64,000 nt of DNA from Candidatus Bathyarchaeia archaeon (GTDB taxonomy: Archaea > Thermoproteota > Bathyarchaeia > 40CM-2-53-6): assembly GCA_049513715.1 (NCBI GenBank), contig JBEKVV010000003.1, positions 1 through 64,000 on the forward strand, written 5' to 3'. Position numbers and translations under genes: made by a program. Of this stretch, positions 1 to 7,638 are shown one piece after another. The first letter of the stretch is position 1. The number at the start of each line of letters is the position of its first letter. The notes beneath the pieces were generated by a model that saw only the letters and a list, made by a program, of their open reading frames with translations, did no database searches and had not been told where the DNA came from.

Positions 1-239
1 AGTGGGGGGAACATGGTCTTCCCATTTATTACAGGGAAGGCTCCTGAAGCCCAAGATAATTCAGGCATTGGCGCAACGGCCGCAGGCGCGACAACGACAT
101 TGCTTTTGCCCGGAGGTATTGGCGGGCCAGCCCCGGCGTCAGCTCGTGCAATGGGAAGGCCTGGATAAGGATTCGAGATGGGTACTCCGAAAATAAGGAG
201 CAAACACGCGAGACATATGAATGGTAAGGCTCGCGTCAA
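1..239 (-). CDS. 5' part of a putative secreted protein, runs off the left edge
   Basis: Manual translation from TTG at 239: MTRALPFICLACLLLIFGVPISNPYPGLPIARADAGAG..., signal-peptide-like, no stop before base 1; not in the ORF track. Confidence 0.55.
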   Translation of the reverse strand, partial: MTRALPFICLACLLLIFGVPISNPYPGLPIARADAGAGPPIPPGKSNVVVAPAAVAPMPELSWASGAFPVINGKTMFPP

Positions 240-586
240 AACATGAAACCGAAGAACATTGGGTTCCGTTAAGTTATATTACTTATGACGTGTTGTGACT
301 ACAAAAACACGTGTGTAGCTTGAGGTGTACGCGGGATCAACCCTTTCTCGCTGCGGCCAAGCCTTTAAACCAATGACCTATGCTCAGAGGAAGTATGTTC
401 AGTACACGTACCGTGAAATGTCGATTAGGCACAAGGAACAAGTCGCGATCAGAAAACGCAGGTAGTGGTATAGCAGATTCGGGAGAGTGAAATCTCGCGT
501 ACCTAATCCTGCGACTGAGGTCTAGCTGAATAGAAGCCACAACTCTCCAAACCATCCGAACCGATTGAAGCCTAGCCCAAGCAGCC

Positions 587-635
587 ACCAAACGGTTTGC
601 CGCTCTTACGCACCAAACTACAATGTCACGTTACC
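587..635. repeat. Terminal inverted repeat of a second IS6-like element (element A; partner end not in window)
   Basis: Reverse complement GGTAACGTGACATTGTAGTTTGGTG...CCGTTTGGT matches 22 of the first 25 nt of the IR at 1570-1620, with the same two GTTTGGT boxes. Confidence 0.8.
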
Positions 636-643
636 CACTGAAC

Positions 644-660
644 GGTAACGTAACTTTGTC
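644..660 (+). repeat. End-like motif GGTAACGTAACTTTGTC (possible terminus of a degraded element C)
   Basis: Shares terminal GGTAACG with the IRs; resembles 4996-5015; lies ~75 bp before a transposase remnant. Confidence 0.45.
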
Positions 661-732
661 CTGGAGAGAACAGTAAAACTGAGAACTTTGAAATCTTTGA
701 CATTTGACGAAAATGGAACCTACTGAGAACTT

Positions 733-838
733 CATAACTATGTCAGGCCGCATGAAGCATCGAGAGGAAGAACACCTGCTGAAGTAGCGGGCATCGAAAT
801 CGAAGGCGAGAACAAAGTGGCTCACTTTTCAAAACGCG
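733..838 (+). pseudogene. IS6-like transposase 3' remnant
   Basis: HNYVRPHEASRGRTPAEVAGIEIEGENK then +1 shift WLTFQNA; aligns with the C-terminus of 2146-3267 (HNYIRPHEALNGKTPSELAGIQVKGKDKWLTIIQNA). Confidence 0.85.
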
Positions 839-840
839 AA

Positions 841-1209
841 CTTACGACTCGGCACCAAGAAAAGGCAAACAAGATTGCCAAACTAGAGGTTCTTAGAGGA
901 CAAATTAAAAGGAAGTACGGACCGGAAAATGTTTGGTTTTTAGAAAAGATTGATGGCTATTCTCGGTTAGCACGCGTGAATGGTTTCCTAGGGACTCAAG
1001 ACATAGCCTTTATCGGCCTGAACCCAAGTACCAGCAGATTCCCAACCAACGCTGACAAGTACTTCTACAGTCAGCTTCTTCGGCATGGTTTTGACGATGC
1101 TCATCTAAGCGATTTGGTCAAGATTAAAGCAGAGAACAAGAAGAATGATTTTGTGTGTGGTACTAGCGGTGCGGCCGGTCAAATTCTAAATGTGAATCAT
1201 GTCTATTGA
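841..1209 (+). pseudogene. Truncated uracil-DNA glycosylase superfamily-like ORF
   Basis: IAFIGLNPS motif-A-like and HLSDLVK motifs; C-terminal half absent; no clean start codon. Confidence 0.45.
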
Positions 1210-1561
1210 GCTAAACGTGATCGCTTAAGCGAAGCACGATTGGTTCCAGTTTGAACAGCCAGTCTTGGAGGATTAATCGCGGCCGACAAGAGGGAAAAAG
1301 CTCGTTAAGGGCTCCTTGTCAGCATCCATTCTGCCTAAAGACAGCTCAAAACGAGCCGAAAACCTGCTAAGTCGACAGTTCTAAACGACGGTGTGAAGCT
1401 AGCCCGAGGCTCCATTAAGAACCCATAGCTTGGTGAATAATCCTTAGGCCGTGTTCAATTCAAAATCCATGCTATGCTCAAATCGATAACGGTTTTTAGC
1501 GCTTAAATCGACATCGAACAATTCGGCATTTACCCAGCGTAACAACCAGCAATAAAGGTCG

Positions 1562-1569
1562 CTTTCGGC
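1562..1569 (+). repeat. Left 8-bp target site duplication CTTTCGGC
   Basis: Identical to 4236-4243; abuts terminal GG at 1570. Confidence 0.9.
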
Positions 1570-1620
1570 GGTAACGCGTCATTGTCGTTTGGTGTGGGAA
1601 GGCGCGGCAATCCGTTTGGT
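1570..1620 (+). repeat. Terminal IR downstream of the transposase
   Basis: GGTAACGCGTC-N6-GTTTGGT-N19-CGTTTGGT. Confidence 0.9.
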
Positions 1621-1640
1621 AAAACCGCCTTGGCATTGAA

Positions 1641-2110
1641 TCACTTGATGAGAAACGTGTAGAATATCATGAAGGATAGGAAGGCAATTATTCCTAGAAC
1701 CAAGAATGAAGCAATCTTGAACCCCGTTGGACCAGATAATGTGAGAGGTCTTCCCGCGATTACAGTGTAGCCACATTGCCGAGCTTGCTCTATTCTTTGT
1801 CGAAACTCTAATCTCAGTTCTTGTTCAATTGCCACCATCCTATTTACAGCAATTTCAGAGAACTGTTCGTTCCTCTTGATGAATAGAAGCCAAGAAATGA
1901 GTGCGACGGTCGCGGCAAAATCCGCGAATACAGGTATTAGGGGTGCATCTTCACTTGGCTTGCGATAGCGAGGCTACCCGTTACGGCCGCCAAACTTCCT
2001 CCGATTAGAATTGAGCCGAGTTGCCAGTTTAATGTAGTCAAGTGGATTGCATAACGGTTAGCTTCCCCGTATTCGATGAGTAGGCTTCTATGCCACTCTT
2101 CCACAGACAA
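1641..2110 (-). pseudogene. Frameshifted ~3-TM cargo membrane protein
   Basis: TTG 2110 MSVEEWHRSLLIEYGEANRY...NWQLGSILIGGSL...KMHP* joins LIPVFADF...WLLF...RMVAIEQEL if one base is added to the G4 run at 1940-1943. Confidence 0.6.
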
Positions 2111-2145
2111 ATGATACTCAGAACATGAATGGACATGGTCTTTGT

Positions 2146-3267
2146 TTAATTCTTTCTACTTGCGTTCTGGATGATAGTCAGCCACTTGTCTTTCCCTTTG
2201 ACCTGAATCCCTGCAAGTTCCGAGGGCGTTTTGCCGTTCAGGGCTTCGTGTGGTCGTATGTAGTTGTGGTAGATTTGCATACCTGAAAGAATCGGAGAAT
2301 CCGTTCTCTTTAGAGTCCGCATTACCTTTTCGCGCTGGCGTAGTTCTCCGTTGAAGCGTTCCATGCGGTTGTTGTTGCGATCTCCTGCTAGTCGTATGTG
2401 GCGTATGTGTTCTGTGCGATCTGCAACCTTACCCGTCCAGAACTCATACGAGTAAGCTTCATGGAAGTTCGCCGCGCCATCTGTGATGAAGGTTTTCGGT
2501 TTCTTACCCGCAACTGCTTTCCCAAGTGCTAGAAGTGGTCGGACATCTGCCGTGTACTTCGTGCTAGCGACTTCTTGTGCTATCCAGAATCGTGTTTGGT
2601 CGTCCATTAGGGCGTAGAGGTACTTGAGGTTCCCTTTCATCTTCAGAAACATCTCATCCGCGCGCCAAGTGTCGGAAAGTTGCGGCTGAATCTTCGACAG
2701 ATACTTCTCCATCAGGGTTGTGTACTTGTTAATCCACCTGAGAATCGTTCGTGGTGAAACCTCAACGCCAATCATGCGTAATGATCGGGCCGTGTTCCTT
2801 AGAGATTCACCGGAGAAGTACAACTGCATGGCTGCGGTTATGCCCTGTGGGCTATGCTTCATCTTCTCGAAACCAATATTCACCGTAAAGAATTTGCCAC
2901 ATGACTTACAACTGAATTTCTGAATGTCACCATACTTGTTGTGTCGAACACCCCACTTGATTATGCTCTCAGATTTGCAGAATAAGCAAGCGTGAATGTC
3001 AGTGATCGGCTCGATAACCCTAGCCTCGACCTCTTTCCTCACGGCTAGGCTAAGTTGGACAGCCCAAACGTGCTTGCATCGGACATTTCGATAGACGAAA
3101 TCGGGGCAAGTACACAACCAACCGCCTGTTCGTTTCTTTGTAACATCATACATGCCGTTACCTGACTGAGAAGTTACACGGTAGAACCGTTCTTCTAATC
3201 TCATGATTTGATTGGACTTCTCAGCAATCATTCGGCCTCTTTCTTCACGAGAGAGAACTTGAGCCAT
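2146..3267 (-). CDS. IS6-family (IS240-like) DDE transposase with N-terminal SWIM and Zn-ribbon domains
   Basis: SWIM CTC-x9-CKH; CLFC...CKSC ribbon; HTH SLRNTARSL; catalytic WRADE, ITDG, MERFN; C-terminal HNYIRPH. Confidence 0.93.
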   Translation of the reverse strand: MAQVLSREERGRMIAEKSNQIMRLEERFYRVTSQSGNGMYDVTKKRTGGWLCTCPDFVYRNVRCKHVWAVQLSLAVRKEVEARVIEPITDIHACLFCKSESIIKWGVRHNKYGDIQKFSCKSCGKFFTVNIGFEKMKHSPQGITAAMQLYFSGESLRNTARSLRMIGVEVSPRTILRWINKYTTLMEKYLSKIQPQLSDTWRADEMFLKMKGNLKYLYALMDDQTRFWIAQEVASTKYTADVRPLLALGKAVAGKKPKTFITDGAANFHEAYSYEFWTGKVADRTEHIRHIRLAGDRNNNRMERFNGELRQREKVMRTLKRTDSPILSGMQIYHNYIRPHEALNGKTPSELAGIQVKGKDKWLTIIQNASRKN

Positions 3268-3286
3268 ACTACTGCACTACGAGTAT

Positions 3287-3314
3287 TACGCATATGCGTA
3301 CTATTGATATAAAG
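3287..3314 (-). promoter_or_regulatory. Transposase TATA box (TTTATAT, 3308-3314) and 14-bp palindromic operator candidate (3287-3300)
   Basis: Perfect palindrome TACGCATATGCGTA between the TATA box and the ATG. Confidence 0.55.
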
Positions 3315-3382
3315 TTTTACCCATGTGGCTAAAGCAGTACCATTTCAGCACAACACATTAATACTACCATAATACACTAGGA

Positions 3383-3559
3383 ATGCTTGAGATGACTATG
3401 CCCGAAACTGAAAGCGTGAAAAAAGAAACGACCTCAATCAAGGTTGACCCTGATCGATGGAAAGAGGTCAAAATTGAGGCAATCAGACAGAACAAAACAG
3501 TTTCCGATCTGGTCATGGAGGCGATAGCCGAATGGATGAAAGCGCACCGAAAGAAGTGA
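3383..3559 (+). CDS. Ribbon-helix-helix (CopG/ParG-like) DNA-binding protein, 58 aa
   Basis: Manual translation ...KETTSIKVDPDRWKEVKIEAIRQNKTVSDLVMEAIAEWMK; below ORF-track cutoff; start could be 3392 or 3398. Confidence 0.8.
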   Translation: MLEMTMPETESVKKETTSIKVDPDRWKEVKIEAIRQNKTVSDLVMEAIAEWMKAHRKK

Positions 3560-4023
3560 CTGACGCGCACCCTGCGGACAAAGACAAGGTCACATGGGAT
3601 ACATGGTACCGCGTAGCGAGAGAAAACGTGATCTCCACTAAAGCGTCAATCAAGACTCAAATCGGCCTGTTAGAAGGCGTGGAACCACAGACCACGAATA
3701 TACCGATCTACGCGTCCGCTCTTATGGCAAGCACCGTGAATGTTCTCAAGCACAGTATGACCATCTATGATGACTTGAAGATCATTCTTGAAGGTTTGAA
3801 TTTTCAGTGGCAACAATTGTCAAGCCTTGAATCGAACATGAACACGAAAGTCAGAGTGTTGGAAGAAGCAGCAAGAGGTACTAGAAGCGACTTAGACGCT
3901 GAGATTGCGACAACTGCAAAAACGTTGTCAACAGTCAACGATTTCGTGACCCATTTCAAGCCTTTGCTTGAAGAACTTGAGAATGAACGACCAATAAGAA
4001 ACAAAACATTGGGGAGAAAGTAG
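3556..4023 (+). CDS. Coiled-coil hypothetical cargo protein
   Basis: ORF 3532-4023; GTG at 3556 overlaps the RHH stop (GTGA); helical heptad-like sequence. Confidence 0.65.
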   Translation: MTDAHPADKDKVTWDTWYRVARENVISTKASIKTQIGLLEGVEPQTTNIPIYASALMASTVNVLKHSMTIYDDLKIILEGLNFQWQQLSSLESNMNTKVRVLEEAARGTRSDLDAEIATTAKTLSTVNDFVTHFKPLLEELENERPIRNKTLGRK

Positions 4024-4028
4024 CCCTC

Positions 4029-4259
4029 ATGACCGAAAACTTCGATGATTCACTAAGGCGCATTCAAGACATTGGAACGAATATCCAGAAAATGCTCGAT
4101 GAGATCACAGGGAACGAAGTCATTGACGACTTCATTTACACCGAACAGCAAGAAAAGGAATGGCTGAACACCGTCCCAACCTTCACCAAACGAATTTACA
4201 CAGCCATACCCACCAAACGTAGACGACGCGTTACCCTTTCGGCGGTAACGTTACCTTAA
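4029..4259 (+). CDS. Small acidic hypothetical protein reading through the IR
   Basis: ATG 5 bp after the previous stop; stop lies outside the element. Confidence 0.45.
   Translation: MTENFDDSLRRIQDIGTNIQKMLDEITGNEVIDDFIYTEQQEKEWLNTVPTFTKRIYTAIPTKRRRRVTLSAVTLP
4185..4235 (-). repeat. Terminal IR upstream of the transposase
   Basis: Reverse complement GGTAACGCGTC-N6-GTTTGGT-N19-CGTTTGGT; same spacing as 1570-1620. Confidence 0.9.
4236..4243 (+). repeat. Right 8-bp target site duplication CTTTCGGC
   Basis: Identical to 1562-1569. Confidence 0.9.
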
Positions 4260-4901
4260 CGTCGGTTCCCTCTGCCTGTTACTTTCCGTCTGCTGACTGA
4301 AAATGGACAAGTATCCCTGAACCGATGTGACCTTCACATCTAACGGTACCCAACTAGCGTTGCTAATCTTCTCTCTTAGCCTTCCATCTTCAGTGATAAA
4401 ATAAGCGCACTTCTGGTAAGACGCTGTCGCAATCAAGATTGCATCATAAGTCTCTGTTCTCACTATGGTTCTCAGCTTTACGAACTCTCGAAAGTCATAT
4501 TCATCACCGACAAACGAAATGTACTCGTGCGGTGGTTTGAAGAATTCCTGAGTAAGATGCGCCAACTGCTTGACAATGTCTCCAACATCTTCAGCAGTTA
4601 GTTGAATTGCGTGCTCCTCACGTTGGAACAATTTCGCAGTAATTCCCTGCGAGTGCATCTTCTCTTCAACGAATTGATCAACAAGTACAGAGAGTATCTC
4701 TGCGTATGTCAATTGAGAAGTAGTCAGCATACCTTGAAGTTGCTTGTCGGTTCTTACGCGTTCCAACAGGAGATATGATGGAACATACCTAGCTAGAACC
4801 TGGAACAAGGCTTCTCTATCAACTTTAGCAGTTCTAAGAGAAGCGTCAATGAACACCCAGTTCGCTAAGACACTAGTGTCCAAGAATCCCGTAACGTTCA
4901 A
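4251..4901 (-). CDS. PIN-domain (VapC-like) nuclease
   Basis: FLDTSVL, AEI, YDAILIATA, FITED acidic PIN motifs. Confidence 0.85.
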   Translation of the reverse strand: MNVTGFLDTSVLANWVFIDASLRTAKVDREALFQVLARYVPSYLLLERVRTDKQLQGMLTTSQLTYAEILSVLVDQFVEEKMHSQGITAKLFQREEHAIQLTAEDVGDIVKQLAHLTQEFFKPPHEYISFVGDEYDFREFVKLRTIVRTETYDAILIATASYQKCAYFITEDGRLREKISNASWVPLDVKVTSVQGYLSIFSQQTESNRQREPTLR

Positions 4902-4995
4902 GGGCTTTTTCCCAAAAGGTCTTGCGTCTCTTCTTTCGACGCTTCTTAGGCAAAATCAGACCTCTTGGTTTACATGGTGTTATGATGTAAAAAGG

Positions 4996-5015
4996 GGTAA
5001 CGGTACCTTTTTGTC
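4996..5015 (+). repeat. End-like motif GGTAACGGTACCTTTTTGTC (possible terminus of degraded element D)
   Basis: Terminal GGTAACG; similar to 644-660; downstream of the remnant at 5833-6072 and its cargo, as in element B. Confidence 0.4.
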
Positions 5016-5154
5016 AGATTGTTTTTGAGCGGGTCCTATCAAATTCTAGGGGGATGATCTAGGCTGTCAAGTGTCGATCAAGAATCGGTTGATAAACACA
5101 TTTCATCGGTGCATGAGGTCGGGTATGCCTATCTAGAAAAACCTGACTACACGA

Positions 5155-5517
5155 TTACAATGTTACCGCAGCTTCGGAGCTTAATATGTCATTGATGATT
5201 CTTGTCGGTTCGTTTCGCAAGCGATGCCATCTTATCCCCGTATATAGCGCTACAATAAGAGAAAGACATGATGCCACAACAAAAATCGTCACTGTCACAC
5301 TAATTGGTTCGCTTGCGTGATACAATGTCGCAAGAGCAGCTAGCGCGGTGAAGAAGATACCTAGTGATGTTGTCATAAACCCGAAGTCTTGTGAGACGGA
5401 ACCAAACGCCTGCCTAAGAGATTCTAGCTTTTCGCCCGTGATTTGATAGATTTTGATGGTGGGCGGAGTTGCATACATGATTCTAGGTGCAGGTGCAACT
5501 GAAAAGTCGCCGCTCAT
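5155..5517 (-). CDS. Two-TM membrane protein
   Basis: ATG 5517 preceded by GGAGG; two hydrophobic segments; overlaps the upstream stop (ATGA). Confidence 0.7.
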   Translation of the reverse strand: MSGDFSVAPAPRIMYATPPTIKIYQITGEKLESLRQAFGSVSQDFGFMTTSLGIFFTALAALATLYHASEPISVTVTIFVVASCLSLIVALYTGIRWHRLRNEPTRIINDILSSEAAVTL

Positions 5518-5780
5518 GGATTTCTCTCCTCCACTATCTTCAGATCCGGAGTGGCAACACTTGAGGCGAACATTTCCAGATAGCCACAATTCCCACAGAT
5601 TAGGCAGAGTGCTGGCACTATCCTCGTGGGTATCGGAACTGCCTTCGGGGGGGTAAGAATTCCCAGCATGACATTTTCGTCGGTAACTAGCCATTTATTC
5701 TGATGACAAATCGGGCAATTCGGGCTTGCGCCTTTTTCTTTTAGTGCCGCGAAAAATCGAGTCCTCTACTCTTCAGTCAT
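5514..5780 (-). pseudogene. Zn-ribbon protein with in-frame TAG at codon 5
   Basis: MTEE*RTRFFAALKEKGASPNCPICHQNKW...LICGNCGYLEMF; TAG at 5766-5768. Confidence 0.65.
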
Positions 5781-5832
5781 TGGCACAGCCGTCAGCTCTT
5801 GTTACGTAGGAGTGCCATTGCCTCTTTAACAA

Positions 5833-6072
5833 TTACGAATTCTTGCGACTGTCAGTCGGTCGAACTGAAGCATTCTGGATTAGCGTGAGCCACTTGTTTT
5901 CACCTTCAACTTTGATTCCAGCGGCTTCGCTCGGTGTTTTTCCGTTCAATGCCATGTGTGGGCGCACGTAGTTGTGGTAGATTTGCATTCCTTTCAAAAT
6001 CGGTGTGTCTGCTCTTTCTAGAGAGCTCATACCTCTTTCTCTGTCGCGGATTTCTCCGTTCATTCTCTACAT
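5833..6072 (-). pseudogene. IS6-like transposase 3' remnant
   Basis: M*RMNGEIRDRE...PILKGMQIYHNYVRPH...KWLTLIQNAS; close match to the C-terminus of 2146-3267. Confidence 0.9.
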
Positions 6073-6206
6073 TTCTGTCTCTCGGAGAAGTGTAATATCG
6101 TTAAGCCGATTCTCTCTTTACCCAAACACGAAACCCGCGCCTCTCAGGACCGTTAGGATCCGCAGCGGTCATTTTCATCTTCTGGACTGATGGAACCGTC
6201 TGAAAT

Positions 6207-7556
6207 ATGCGATTCATACGGAGTCAGCGGGAAGAGGGAATTAGCGAGTTGCTTCCACGAAAGGGCGTATACGAGGAGCGTACTCGGGCATCGCGTGCAA
6301 TGTTCGAACGTGCATGTAAGGTTGAGCCGGCGGGTGTATCTTACAAGAACCGCTTTTTCGAGCCCTACCCATTCTTTGTGAAGAAATCCAAAGGAGCCAC
6401 AATCACTGACCTAGACGGCAATACGTACACTGACTACTGGTGCACGCACATGGCGATGATTCTAGGACACACGAATCCAACTGTAATGGAAGCCATCAAG
6501 CGTCAGGTGGAAAATGGGTGGCATCATGGCTTTGTCCATGAGCTAGAAGTAACTCATTCAGAGGCAATAGTAAAACATGTGCCGAGCGCTGAGATGGTTC
6601 GTCACGCGAGCTCTGGAAGTGAAGCCAATTTCTTCGCCGTGCGTCTAGCGCGAACTTTCACAAAACGCGCCAAAGTTGCCAAGTTTGAAGGAGCATGGCA
6701 CGGCGCATACGACCCCCTGCACATCGCGATGAAGCCCCCATTCGACAAGCTTCCTTCAGGGGGCATTACCAAAGGCTCACAACAGGACACAATTGTCGTT
6801 CCGTTCAACGACTTGGAGGGGTTCAAGAACCGCGTGAAAGGTGCGCGACTAGGGGCAGTTATCCTGGAACCTGTCCTGTTCGCTGGCGGATGCATTCCAG
6901 CTGATAGAGAGTTCGTCAAGGCGATGAGGGAATACTGTGACGATACGGGCGCTCTCCTCATCTTTGATGAGATTATCACAGGCTTTAGACTCGGCTTAAG
7001 CGGTGCACAAGGGCACTATGGCGTTGCACCGGATCTCACTGTCCTGGGGAAGATTATCGGCGGTGGGCTGCCCATAGGTGCCATTTGTGGTAGACGTGAT
7101 GTGATGGAACGTATGGATCACACGAAATACTCAGGCCCCGATTATGCCTATCATGGAAATACCTTTTCCGCGAACGCAATTACATTGGCTGCGGGGCTCG
7201 CGACGATCAATGTACTCGAGCATTCCCCAGTGTACGAGCACATTGACAAGCTGGGACATCTTGCGCGTGAAGAGATGAACAGGATCTTCCAAGATGCGAG
7301 TTTTCCAGCGCAGGCAGTCGGCATCGGTTCAATGTTTTGCATACACATGACAAACAAAAAACCGCTAACAGACATCAGCGGTTACGCGCATTACGACCAC
7401 GCCCAATACAAGAGGATGTTCAATTTCCTGCTCGAGAATGGCATAGTGATCCTGTTGCCTGAAATAATGCACGGCGGAATCAGCTATGCCCACACGGAGA
7501 AGGATATCGAGCACCTCACTCACACTATAGGGAGATATGTCAAGTCCGAATCGTGA
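6207..7556 (+). CDS. hemL: Glutamate-1-semialdehyde aminomutase-like class III aminotransferase
   Basis: DLDGNTYTDY, SGSEA, FEGAWHG, LIFDEIITGFR, LGKIIGGGLP; substrate and start codon uncertain. Confidence 0.8.
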   Translation: MRFIRSQREEGISELLPRKGVYEERTRASRAMFERACKVEPAGVSYKNRFFEPYPFFVKKSKGATITDLDGNTYTDYWCTHMAMILGHTNPTVMEAIKRQVENGWHHGFVHELEVTHSEAIVKHVPSAEMVRHASSGSEANFFAVRLARTFTKRAKVAKFEGAWHGAYDPLHIAMKPPFDKLPSGGITKGSQQDTIVVPFNDLEGFKNRVKGARLGAVILEPVLFAGGCIPADREFVKAMREYCDDTGALLIFDEIITGFRLGLSGAQGHYGVAPDLTVLGKIIGGGLPIGAICGRRDVMERMDHTKYSGPDYAYHGNTFSANAITLAAGLATINVLEHSPVYEHIDKLGHLAREEMNRIFQDASFPAQAVGIGSMFCIHMTNKKPLTDISGYAHYDHAQYKRMFNFLLENGIVILLPEIMHGGISYAHTEKDIEHLTHTIGRYVKSES

Positions 7557-7638
7557 TAGAAAGACAGACTTCGCTGTCTCTCGCCGGACCCGCTTTCAGT
7601 CATCGCGGATTCGGATTGATTATGCTGAGATTGCAAAT

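Larger units (their letters stand above)
1570..4235 (-). mobile_element. Complete 2666-bp IS6-like transposon with passenger genes (element B)
   Basis: GG termini, 51-bp imperfect IRs, perfect 8-bp direct repeat and intact DDE transposase; GG ends and 8-bp duplication fit the IS6 family. Confidence 0.9.

Noticed and set aside
2..196. ORF-track + strand ORF
   Set aside because: Antisense to a better signal-peptide ORF on the minus strand
337..591. 84-aa minus-strand ORF
   Set aside because: No recognisable motif; starts inside an IR
628..651. ACGTTACC-N8-GGTAACGT as a loxP/dif/attC-like tyrosine-recombinase site
   Set aside because: No tyrosine recombinase in the window; the 8-bp spacer of the sister site is duplicated at 1562, which a DDE target duplication explains better
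587..4235. ACCAAAC repeats as a mini CRISPR array
   Set aside because: Only two 7-8 bp boxes per locus, inside IRs; no cas genes
5518..5694. N-terminal extension of ORF 5155-5694
   Set aside because: This stretch is better read as the Zn-ribbon gene in another frame; SD supports ATG 5517
5766..5768. Pyrrolysine readthrough of TAG
   Set aside because: No pyl genes in the window; region holds other decayed genes
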